DNA of 64,000 nucleotides. It comes from Endomicrobiales bacterium. Lineage in GTDB: Bacteria > Elusimicrobiota > Endomicrobiia > Endomicrobiales > CAWCFT01. The position numbers were made by a program, and so were the translations under genes. The stretch's first letter is position 1. Each line of letters begins with the position of its first letter. Under the pieces are notes generated by a model that worked only from the letters and a program-made list of their open reading frames with translations, searched no databases and had not been told where the DNA came from. Positions 21,186 to 30,050 of this stretch are shown piece by piece. The stretch covers positions 1 through 64,000 of the forward strand of contig CAWCFT010000012.1 in the NCBI GenBank assembly GCA_963794945.1, written 5' to 3'.

Positions 21186-21316
21186 TTCTTCTCCCCTTGC
21201 GGGTAAGTCCCTGGCCCCCGTGAAGTTTGGGGAAGAAGGTGAGGATGAGGGGATAAATAATGGTTGTTTTCGCGATACCACCCTCACCTCAATCCTCTCC
21301 CGTCAATGGAGAGGAA
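21186..21316. mobile_element. Empty (non-autonomous) copy of the DUF559-flanking palindromic element, in opposite orientation, with a ~30-bp insertion
   Basis: TTCTTCTCCCCTTGCGGG[...]AGAAGGTGAGGATGAGGGG and CACCCTCACCTCAATCCTCTCCCGTCAATGGAGAGGAA match the reverse complements of 23839-23874 and 23462-23500. Confidence 0.75.
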
Positions 21317-21398
21317 GAATAATACTCGATTGGATCATTACAGCTTTGAGATTTAATATTAGTTACAAGCTAATATCGATTAGTTTTTGTGAGGCTGG

Positions 21399-23446
21399 AT
21401 GAACAAGAAAATTATTTTCGCGAGCCTTGTATTTATAGCGGCGTTCTCGGTGTACCTGTTCTCGGCAGTGCCGGTGATAACAGAAGACGATTCGGGCGAG
21501 CTTTGCTCGGTGGGTGCTACATTGGGCACCGCGCACTCGCCGGGCTATCCGCTTTACTGCATGCTCACGAAACTCCTCGTTACCGTTGAGGGGATGGGCA
21601 ACACGGCTTACAGGGTCAACCTGGCGTCCTCTCTGGCCCTCGGAGCGGCAGGGGCATTGATGTTCTTTGTATGCCTTGAAGTATCGGGAAGCTATACCGC
21701 CGCTGTTGCGATAGCTCTCGCGTTCTCGTATACTTCTTCGGTTTGGGCCATGGCGAATGTTACGGAAGTTTACGGGCTCACCTCGCTTGTTACCGTGCTT
21801 ATGCTGTTCACCATGTTGAAAGTGAGCCTTTATGAGAATTACCGGAGCGAAAAATATTTTTACGCAGTCATGTTCTTTTTCGGGCTGGGTATCACGGCCC
21901 ACTATACTGTAGGGCTGCTGCTGCCGGGCGTGGTTTGGTGGTCATTTGCTAACCGGGACAGGCTTTTCGGGAAAGAGTGGCAGTTTGCCCTGATGAAGGG
22001 CGCACTCTGGGGGCTCGCCGGGTTCTCGGCCGTCTTGTACCTTTATGTGCGGGCGCAGAATAACCCCGTTATCGGCTGGGAAGACCCCCGCACGCTCGGG
22101 CGGTTATGGCAGGTTATAGCCCGCTTAAGGTACGGTACGGTGTCCCTTGCGCAGGGCGGCCGCCGCCGATAGCCCCGGAAATTATTTTCGGCAAGATAGC
22201 ATTTTTTTCATCGGACCTTTACGGCAATTTCACCCTGGCCGGAGTGATACTTTTGCTGATAGGTGTTATTAAATACCTCGATGATAAAAGGTGCGGGTGG
22301 ACATTGTTCGCGCTTATGCTCGGCAGCGGGCCGGGTTTTGTGCTGCTTGCCAACGCCGGCACGGACGCCGTGTCGCGCGAGCTTATGGAAAGGTTCTTTT
22401 TTCTTTCATATATCTTCGCGGCGGTTATAATGGCGGAAGGCCTCGGCGAGCTGCCAAAGTACGCGCGCGGGGTGTCGCTCTTTCTGCCGTTTTTCCTGCT
22501 GTGGCACAATATTCCTGAGCTTAACCACAGGCAGGAGTACATGTATTACGATTACGGCAGGAGCATAATCAGGTCGCTGCCTCCGAAAACGCTCCTGTTT
22601 TCCGACAGGGCAGATGAAATGGAGTTTGCCGTAACTTATCTCCGCATCGCGGGGCACATGAGGAACGACCTCGAGTTTGTTGACTGCAACGCAGGCGCCA
22701 CAAAGAGCATTTATGGCAACGCTTATTACCGCATCTGGGGAAAGCCGCGCCTTGAGATTCGCGAGCGTGTTGAGCGCGAGATGATGAACAACTATACGGC
22801 CGGGCCGGTGTATTACGCGACTTTCTTTCCGGATATGATAAACATACCGCGCGTCAGGGAAGGGCTGGTTTGCCGGGCGAAACCCATTGAGCCTAAAAAA
22901 GCAGTCTTCCCGTACGACGATATTTATACTTTCAGGGTGCCTGAGGAAACCGAGTACCTTAACGGCAGGCTGCGCGACCTTGTCCTTTCCTATTATCAAC
23001 TGCTCGGCGAATATTATGTCAGCGGCGGAGACAGAGACAAGGCGAGGCTGCTTTTCTCGGGTGTGTCGGCTTATGACATCACAGGCGCGTGGTCCGATAA
23101 CCTGGGTTTCATCTATCACCAGCACGGCATGCTTGACGACGCGATGGAATGCTATAATAAAACTATAAAGCGCGGCAAGCAAACAGCTGGGCTGTATATC
23201 AACCTTGGCGCCATTTGCGAGCAGAAAGGTAAAACTGAAGACGCCGTAAAATGCTACGGCAACGCGATAGGAATAGAGCCCGAAAACCCCCAGGCGCATT
23301 ATAACCTGGCCGTGATATACTGGAAGCAGGGCTATTGGGACGGAGTGATAAAAGAATTCAAGAAAGTTATCGAAATAGAGCCGTCGAATGAGGCCGCGAA
23401 AAGATATCTGCAGTCCGCTTTAACAAGAAGGAACGAGAAACATTAG
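21399..23446 (+). CDS. DUF2723 GT-C glycosyltransferase with TPRs (frameshift ~22155)
   Basis: DDSGEL...LGTAHSPGYPLY, TEVYGL and IGWEDP; the second ORF continues with TM segments, YDYGRSI and TPRs. It is a paralog of 19083-21146. Confidence 0.85.
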
Positions 23447-23461
23447 GGTTAGTTGCCATTA

Positions 23462-23874
23462 TTTCCTCTCCCTCGACGGGAGAGAATTAAGGTGAGGGTG
23501 AAAATTGCAGAAAGAATTGAGAGGATTAGCTAAAGACCTAAGAATCAATTCTACTAATACTGAGAATAAACTGTGGTTATTCTTAAAAAATAGGCAGCTA
23601 GAAGGTGTTAAATTCCGCAGGCAAGAACCGATTGGGAATTATGTGGCAGATTTTGTAAGTTATGAGAAGAAACTAATAATTGAACTTGATGGCGGAAAGC
23701 ACGATATTAGCAAAGCCAAGGACAATGAAAGAGATTCATGGTTCAAAAAGAATGGTTATGAAGTACTAAGGTTTTGGAATAATGAAGTGTTAAAGAATAA
23801 AGATGGGGTATTGGAAATTATTCGTAAAAGACTTTTGACCCCTCACCTAACCTCTCCCGCAAGGGGAGAGGAAA
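23462..23874. mobile_element. DUF559 cassette bounded by palindromic inverted arms
   Basis: Left arm TTTCCTCTCCCTCGACGGGAGAGAATTAAGGTGAGGGTG (23462-23500) and right arm CCCCTCACCTAACCTCTCCCGCAAGGGGAGAGGAAA (23839-23874). Each arm is a hairpin and the two are inverted relative to each other. The interior is visibly AT-richer than the flanking genes. Confidence 0.75.
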
Positions 23875-23900
23875 ATAGTAGCAAAAGAAAGGAAAAATAA
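23505..23900 (+). CDS. DUF559 (Vsr-like) endonuclease domain protein
   Basis: LAKDLR...ENKLW..LKNRQLEGVKFRRQEPIGNYVADF...IIELDGG.H...RD.W....GYEVLRFWNNEV. Confidence 0.92.
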   Translation: MQKELRGLAKDLRINSTNTENKLWLFLKNRQLEGVKFRRQEPIGNYVADFVSYEKKLIIELDGGKHDISKAKDNERDSWFKKNGYEVLRFWNNEVLKNKDGVLEIIRKRLLTPHLTSPARGEENSSKRKEK

Positions 23901-26049
23901 ATGATCGTTTTTATTTCGTCGTTCATCGTTTATCTCTACACGCTCTTTAGCTGCGTCGCGCCTTACCGCGACACAGGAGAGATGGTCAGCGTGGGCCACA
24001 CGCTTGGGATAGCGCACCCGCCGGGATATCCGCTTTACGCGCTTATGTCAAAAGTTTGGCTGCTGATACTTCCGCTAGGCAGCGAAGGCTACAGGCTTAA
24101 CGTGCTCAGCGCTCTTGGGGGCGCGGTCACCGCGTGGTTATTCTACAGAGTTCTTCTGGCCGTATCTATACGCAAAACCACAGCCGCGCTGATATCCATG
24201 GTGTTCGCGTTCTCTTACTTGCAGTGGTACCTCTCGCTTGTGTCGGAGATGTACACACTCAACACTATGGCGGCGGTGGCAGTTATGCTTCTTCTCTGGA
24301 TGCTGTACAGCTGGAAGCCCAAGCCCGCCGGACAAAAAACGGTTAATATCAGGACACTTTTGTTCTTCACCGCTTTCATTTTTGGGGCGTGCCTCGGTAT
24401 AAGGATGGAGTTATTGCTTCTGTTGCCGGTGGCGCTGGTAGTGCTCTATTCAAAAAGAAAGATACTGGTGTTTAAAGATATATTTTACGCGGCATTGTTT
24501 TTTATGGCGGGTGCGGCGATATTTCTTTACCTGCCTTTAAGATCCAACGCGGGCTCGATCCTCGACTGGAACCACCCGGCAACGCTCGACCGCCTCTGGG
24601 GCACGCTGGGGAGGAAAACGCATGGCGGTACGCTTGACCTTATATCCGCGCCTTACGCGTCGGGAGCAAATTTCCCGTCATCTATGAAATTCTATTTCGC
24701 GCACCTCTTTACGGGGTTCGCCTACGCCGGGCCGTTTCTCGGGCTGATAGGCCTGTTCTCGTTATGGAAAAGGGAAAAAATGTTCTCTCTGGCGCTTTTT
24801 TCGGCATGGTTATTTTCGGGCCCCGTGTTTATATACATGGCCAACATGCCGCCTAACCCGCACGCGCTGGCTATTCTAGAAGCACATTTTTTACTTCCCA
24901 ACCTGTTTATCGCTGTGTTCATGGCCGAGGGAATAAGTTACGGCATTAACGCCGCTGGTTTCGCGAATGTAAAGGCTGCCGCGCCGGTGTTTTGCGCGGC
25001 GCTTCTCGGTATACAGCTTTACAACGGGAACATAGACCTGCAAAAACGCTGGAACCTGGTGGCTTACGATTACTCTAAGAATATCCTGCGTTCGCTTCCG
25101 CCAAACTCTATACTTGTTATGAAAAAGGACGTCCAACTGTTCGCTCTATGGAATAGGCAGTACGTCTCCGGAGAAAGAAAGGACGCCGCAATAGTGGGAC
25201 AGGGGCTTTCAGGCTCGCCCTGGTACCAGACACCTTTCGCGAAACTGCACCCGGACGTGAGGCTCTGTCCGCTTAGGGATGCAACTGATTGGAAAACGCT
25301 GGTTGAGCTTAACCCGGGTAAAGAAGTATATTTTTCCGCAGATGCAGATTACGCGAGGCCGGACGGGTTCATTGAGCTGCCGAACGGGCTTTTGTGCAGA
25401 GTGGCCCCCGCAGGAAGCAAATCAGGCCCGCAAGCCTTGTTCTGACGCTATATACCCGTACAGGGGAGAATACCTGTACGGCGCCTACCGCGAGTTCTTT
25501 ACCCCGGACATTATAGAAGACTATGCAAGGGGGCGTGTATCTGCCGCACGGTACTACATTGACAAGGCGAACTACTCCGCCGCGCGCTACGAGCTTGAAA
25601 GCGCGGTCTCTATGCAGCCCTTCTTCCCGCAGGCGTTCAACCTTATGGCGTACGCGTATGTGGCAGAGAACAAGTACGCGGAAGCCGAGAAGTATTACCG
25701 CATAGCGGTTGAGCAGTCCGAAAAGCTGTATAAGATGGCCGAAGATTACGCAACTTTGGATGACACAAAGAACTCCATAAGAAGGGAGATAGCGGAAACA
25801 TATATATCCCTTGGTGTCTCTGCTGAAAAGAACATGAGGGACGACCAGGCCCTTTCCGATTACTCGGCCGCGCTTTCCGCCTGGCCTGGCGACACCCGGG
25901 CCTATTTTAACCGCTCGGTCATATACTGGAAAAGAAGCGATTGGCCCAACGTCATCCGCGAGCTGGAACAAGCCCTGAGGATCAACCCGAACTACAAAGA
26001 GGCCGCCTACTACTTAGAGCTGGCAAAGCGGAAGATGGGACAACATTAA
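23901..26049 (+). CDS. Third DUF2723 GT-C glycosyltransferase with TPRs (frameshift ~25430)
   Basis: RDTGEM...LGIAHPPGYPLY, SEMYTLN, LDWNHP and YDYSKNIL; the TPR tail lies in ORF 25279-26049. Confidence 0.85.
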
Positions 26050-26243
26050 GCAACTTTGAATCTCAAAAAGCTGTCATCTCGAATCCCGCTGTAGCGAGGT
26101 GCCTGCCTTGCCGTAGTGGCGGGAGATAACTTAACTATGAGGTAGGTTCTGGAAAAGTCAGGGCGGGGTATATATAGGTATAGTTGCAGGAACAGGGCTA
26201 TATTAAGCCCCTAACATCACACTAAAGCCTTGCCATTAAGGCC

Positions 26244-26735
26244 AACTTTAGTCAACTAAAGTTATTGTTGGGCACTACAATTACAGCACGTGAGTTAATT
26301 TGGCCTGACATAGAGACAGGTAGGCTTAAAATGGCAACTTTAGACGTCTAAAGATAGTTGGGCACTACAATTATAAACCGGTTTATAATTGTGGCAGATA
26401 GCCAATATGCCGAAAGTTGCGCCGGCGCAACTTATCTATAAATTGGCACAAATATTTCATAAAATGATTGAAAATATAACCAATAGCGCAATGGTAGGCA
26501 TGTAGGCTAAATGGGTGTTAAAACGTTTAATGTCTTGCGGCAGGCGGGTCTGGCGGGTAATTATTAGCCGGCTAATAATTGACGTGATTGGTAAACTCTA
26601 ACCGGTTAGAGTTGAGTTTAAGCCGGCTTAAACTACCCAAATAGCCATGCCTTAATAGTAACTTTAGCCGGATAAAGTTATAGTTGGGCACTACAATTAT
26701 CACATGTGTGATAAGTAAGTTAGGCACTACAAATT
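26244..26735. repeat. Array of diverse 16-26 bp palindromes interleaved with the direct repeat GTTGGGCACTACAATT
   Basis: The direct repeat occurs at 26267, 26357 and 26683, with a variant at 26719. Palindromes start at 26244, 26338, 26367, 26414, 26559, 26594, 26615, 26660 and 26697. No ORF of 60 aa or more lies between 26130 and 26839. Confidence 0.9.
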
Positions 26736-26808
26736 GTTAAATTGGAAGAAGCTCTCACAGGGTGGGTAAGACTATAACATATCAGACTGGTTTAGGTGCA
26801 TTTTAAGT

Positions 26809-26894
26809 CGTCTTTGCGAGGCTGTTTTGCCGAAGCAATCTATCCGTAAAACGACGAGATTGCCACGCCTGCCTTTGGCAGGCTCGCAAAGACA
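26809..26894. repeat. CGTC-type REP-like palindromic element
   Basis: GTCTTTGCGAG...CTCGCAAAGAC is a perfect 11-bp terminal inverted repeat, with inner GCAATCT/AGATTGC and GCCTGCC-TTT-GGCAGGC stems. Confidence 0.8.
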
Positions 26895-26954
26895 ACCAAA
26901 TAATTACGGGGCTGTAAGCTGATTAAGCAAATCAGTTTAAAGAGATAAATTAAC

Positions 26955-28256
26955 GTGAAAACAGTTGCACTATTTTTAATATTAACTTTGGCTATCGCGA
27001 TAAACGCCTGGGCCAAGATATCTGACCATATCGAGTTCGAAGCAGGAGAGGTGAGCGGCATTGAAGCCGGCTTCTTCCATGAGCTTGATGATGGTGTTCT
27101 GCGCAAATACACTCCGGTTGACGCGTATCTTATTGCCTCCGGATTGACCGATGAAACGAGCGAGGGTTTGTACCGTTCAAAGTTTGACGCGTTGCGGAAC
27201 AGGGCGCGGGCCGAACTGGCTAAAGACAGTTCTGACCCTTATGTGCTGGCAAAGGCTCTCCTTTTCTGGCTGCACGACAATGTTTTTAAGCAATACGTTT
27301 TAACATCTGCTGAAGCGGACAAGTTGTTGGACGGCGGGTATTATAACTGCCTTTCATCGAGCATTGCTTATATGATCTTCGCGCAGGACCTGGGCCTTTC
27401 TGTGAAAGGTGTTATTGCAAAAGACCACGCTTTATGCATGCTAACAGATAAACGCGGGGATAAAGACATTGAAACAACGATACGCTATGGTTTTGACCCC
27501 GGGGTTAAAGAAATAGAGCAGTTCGAGAAAATGACCAATTTTGTATATGTGCAAAAATTGAATTATCTTGAAAGAAGGACGGTCGGCATTTTCCCGATGA
27601 TCGGAGCCGTATATTCCAACAAAGCCTTCCTGACCGATGACGCGGCTGATGAATGGAAAGAAAACATGACGCGCTACAAAAAAGGGTACTACTTCGACCC
27701 GGATTCTTTCCTTTTCAAGACAAATATTATCGCGGGTTTAAATAACGGCGCGGTGGATGAGATGAACCGCGGTTCTTTCGAGAAAGCTTTCGATCTGATA
27801 CGGCAGGGCAAGAAATTCGCACCAGATGCCCTGGAATTTAACACGCTTGAAGTGCAATACTACGATACGCTGGCGCACAAGGCTTTTGAAGGCGGAGATT
27901 TTGCAGGCGCCGTAAAACTGGTAAAACAAGGCATTGCCGCCCGCCCGGACAGCGCTGTGCTGAAAAATAACCTCATTTCTTATTACACTTCCTGGGCCAA
28001 CCTGCTGGCTGACAACAAAAAATACGATGAGGCTGTGTCCGTTCTCCAAAGCGCGATGCTTGGCGCGCCGGGCGATGAGATGATACGTGATGATATGAAA
28101 ACGATCATATACAACCAGGTGGTGGACGAATACAACCTTGGCAATTACAAGCGAGCCATCGCATTGACTGACGAGGGGCTTAAAATGTTTCCCGGGGATA
28201 GAGATCTTTCCGAGCTAAAAAAATCCATTCCTGCTAGGGGGGAGAGTAGCCAATGA
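26955..28256 (+). CDS. Secreted transglutaminase-like (Cys-His-Glu) protein with TPRs
   Basis: Signal peptide, YNCLSSS...DHALCML...DIETT, and a helical-repeat C-terminal half. Confidence 0.65.
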   Translation: MKTVALFLILTLAIAINAWAKISDHIEFEAGEVSGIEAGFFHELDDGVLRKYTPVDAYLIASGLTDETSEGLYRSKFDALRNRARAELAKDSSDPYVLAKALLFWLHDNVFKQYVLTSAEADKLLDGGYYNCLSSSIAYMIFAQDLGLSVKGVIAKDHALCMLTDKRGDKDIETTIRYGFDPGVKEIEQFEKMTNFVYVQKLNYLERRTVGIFPMIGAVYSNKAFLTDDAADEWKENMTRYKKGYYFDPDSFLFKTNIIAGLNNGAVDEMNRGSFEKAFDLIRQGKKFAPDALEFNTLEVQYYDTLAHKAFEGGDFAGAVKLVKQGIAARPDSAVLKNNLISYYTSWANLLADNKKYDEAVSVLQSAMLGAPGDEMIRDDMKTIIYNQVVDEYNLGNYKRAIALTDEGLKMFPGDRDLSELKKSIPARGESSQ

Positions 28257-29923
28257 ACAAATACCTCCAAATTGCTTTAGTTTCGGTGCTGCTTGCAGCG
28301 CATTTCATGCTTGGGTGCGGGGCGATCAAGGCTTTGTCGCCTACTTATGACGAACCTGTGCATCTGGCGGCGGGGTACAGCTATCTTGAGGCCGACGACT
28401 ACCGCTACAACACTCTGGACCATCCGCCATTTTTGAAGATGTGGGCGGCCCTGCCGCTGTTGTTCACAAAAACCGATCTGCCGGTGCATCATCCGTACTG
28501 GAAAGATATACGCATGATGCGCTACCAGTATCCGTTCAGCAACCTGTTCCTTTACCACAACCGTGCTGACGCGGAAAAGATGATGAGCCTGGGGCGGGGG
28601 ATGGTGCTTATCTTGTCCTGCGCGCTCGGGTTTATGGTGTTTATCTGCGCGAAGGATATGTTCGGGCCGCTATCCGGCCTCATCGCACTAGCCCTCTGGT
28701 GTTTTATGCCCGCGGCTATCGGCAACGGCACACTGGTCACGACCGACACCGCACTCTCGCTTTTCTATTTTACTTCCGTATACCTGTTCAAGAAACTTTA
28801 TTTGGACAACGAAGCCGGCAAGAGGCCCGGATGGAAAAAGATAGCGCTTTTCGGAGTTAGCTTTGGGCTTCTGTTCGCGTCGAAATATTCCGCTGTGGGG
28901 ATCCTTCCGGCTCTTTTTATTCCCTTGTTTTATCTCTACACGAAAAACGTCCGTGCCGGCCTCAATACTTTAATAAATTTAATAGTGGCTTCGGCTGTAG
29001 CGTTTGTAACTCTGCTGATAATTTACCGGTTCAACGATATAGGGGTTTATTTTCTTGAAGGCTTGAAAAATATCATTTTTGGCGCCAAAGGCGTAAGCGC
29101 CGGTCGTTCGTCTTTCCTGATGGGGCAGTACTCTACAACGGGATGGATATATTATTTCCCTGTCACGTTCCTGCTTAAAACACCTATACCTTTGCTTGTG
29201 CTTACCGCGATGGCGGTATACTTTAAAAAGTCGTGGACAAAAGAAAATATTCTGTTCCTGCTTGTGCCTGCGGGTGTGTATTTTTCTGCCAGCTGTATGT
29301 CGAAGGTACAGATAGGGCACAGGCATATACTTGTTGTTTACCCGTTCCTGATGGTTTGGGTTTCGGGGCTCGTCTCGTATACGCCGAACAGATATTTTAA
29401 ATACCTGATGGCCGGGCTTGTCGTGCTGTTCGCGGCGTCGAGCGTAAAAGTGCATCCGTGGTACCTCAGCTATTTTAACGAGTTCATAGCTTCGCCCGAT
29501 GAAGGCTACAAATACCTTACAGATTCGAACCTCGACTGGGGACAGGGCCTGAAGGCGCTGGGGAAATACCTTAAAGACGAGGACGCGGGCGGCATCTATC
29601 TCTGCTATTTCGGCACAGGCGACCCGTCGTACTACGGCATTAAATACGTGCCGATAGGTTTTATCGACGGGATAAGCCCGCCGTATACCGAGCACGAAAG
29701 GACGGGCGATATCATAGATTTCAACAGCCAAAAAAATGTTTTCTTCGCGATATCCGCGACAAACCTGCAGGCCACGTATTACGCGGATAAGAACGTGTTC
29801 GCTTTCCTCAAAAACATAAAGCCGAAGAAGATAGTTGCCAACTCGATTTTCGTTTACGACCTCAAAGCGAACCCTGTGGCGTACGCGCAGTTAAAAGAGA
29901 TGTTCGTGAATAAAAAAGATTAA
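28253..29923 (+). CDS. ArnT/PMT-like (GT39/GT83) membrane glycosyltransferase
   Basis: SPTYDEPVHLAAG, HPPFLK, LVTTD, ASKYSA, YYFPVTFLLKTP, IGHRHIL and DSNLDWGQGL, with many TM segments. Confidence 0.85.
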   Translation: MNKYLQIALVSVLLAAHFMLGCGAIKALSPTYDEPVHLAAGYSYLEADDYRYNTLDHPPFLKMWAALPLLFTKTDLPVHHPYWKDIRMMRYQYPFSNLFLYHNRADAEKMMSLGRGMVLILSCALGFMVFICAKDMFGPLSGLIALALWCFMPAAIGNGTLVTTDTALSLFYFTSVYLFKKLYLDNEAGKRPGWKKIALFGVSFGLLFASKYSAVGILPALFIPLFYLYTKNVRAGLNTLINLIVASAVAFVTLLIIYRFNDIGVYFLEGLKNIIFGAKGVSAGRSSFLMGQYSTTGWIYYFPVTFLLKTPIPLLVLTAMAVYFKKSWTKENILFLLVPAGVYFSASCMSKVQIGHRHILVVYPFLMVWVSGLVSYTPNRYFKYLMAGLVVLFAASSVKVHPWYLSYFNEFIASPDEGYKYLTDSNLDWGQGLKALGKYLKDEDAGGIYLCYFGTGDPSYYGIKYVPIGFIDGISPPYTEHERTGDIIDFNSQKNVFFAISATNLQATYYADKNVFAFLKNIKPKKIVANSIFVYDLKANPVAYAQLKEMFVNKKD

Positions 29924-30036
29924 ATATCAAAAATCAAAGATCAAAAATTAAAATCAAAAACCAAAAGAGCTTTAAACAAATCATATAAAGTTGTTAACCA
30001 TAATTTTGATATTTGCTATTTGATTTTTGATATTAG
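29916..30036. repeat. Heptamer-built inverted-repeat element
   Basis: AATATCAAAAATCAAAGATCAAAAATT on the left and AATTTTGATATTTGCTATTTGATTTTTGATATT on the right. Confidence 0.8.
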
Positions 30037-30050
30037 TATCGGAGTTTCAA

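Noticed and set aside
22406..23299. Long minus-strand ORFs (297 aa here; also 28979-29731, 25369-25971, 17299-17883)
   Set aside because: They are antisense shadows of well-supported plus-strand genes and have no recognisable motifs.
26244..26735. CRISPR array interpretation of the GTTGGGCACTACAATT repeats
   Set aside because: The repeat is only ~16 bp, spacing is irregular (90, 326 and 36 bp), the intervening sequences are themselves palindromes, and there are no cas genes in the window.
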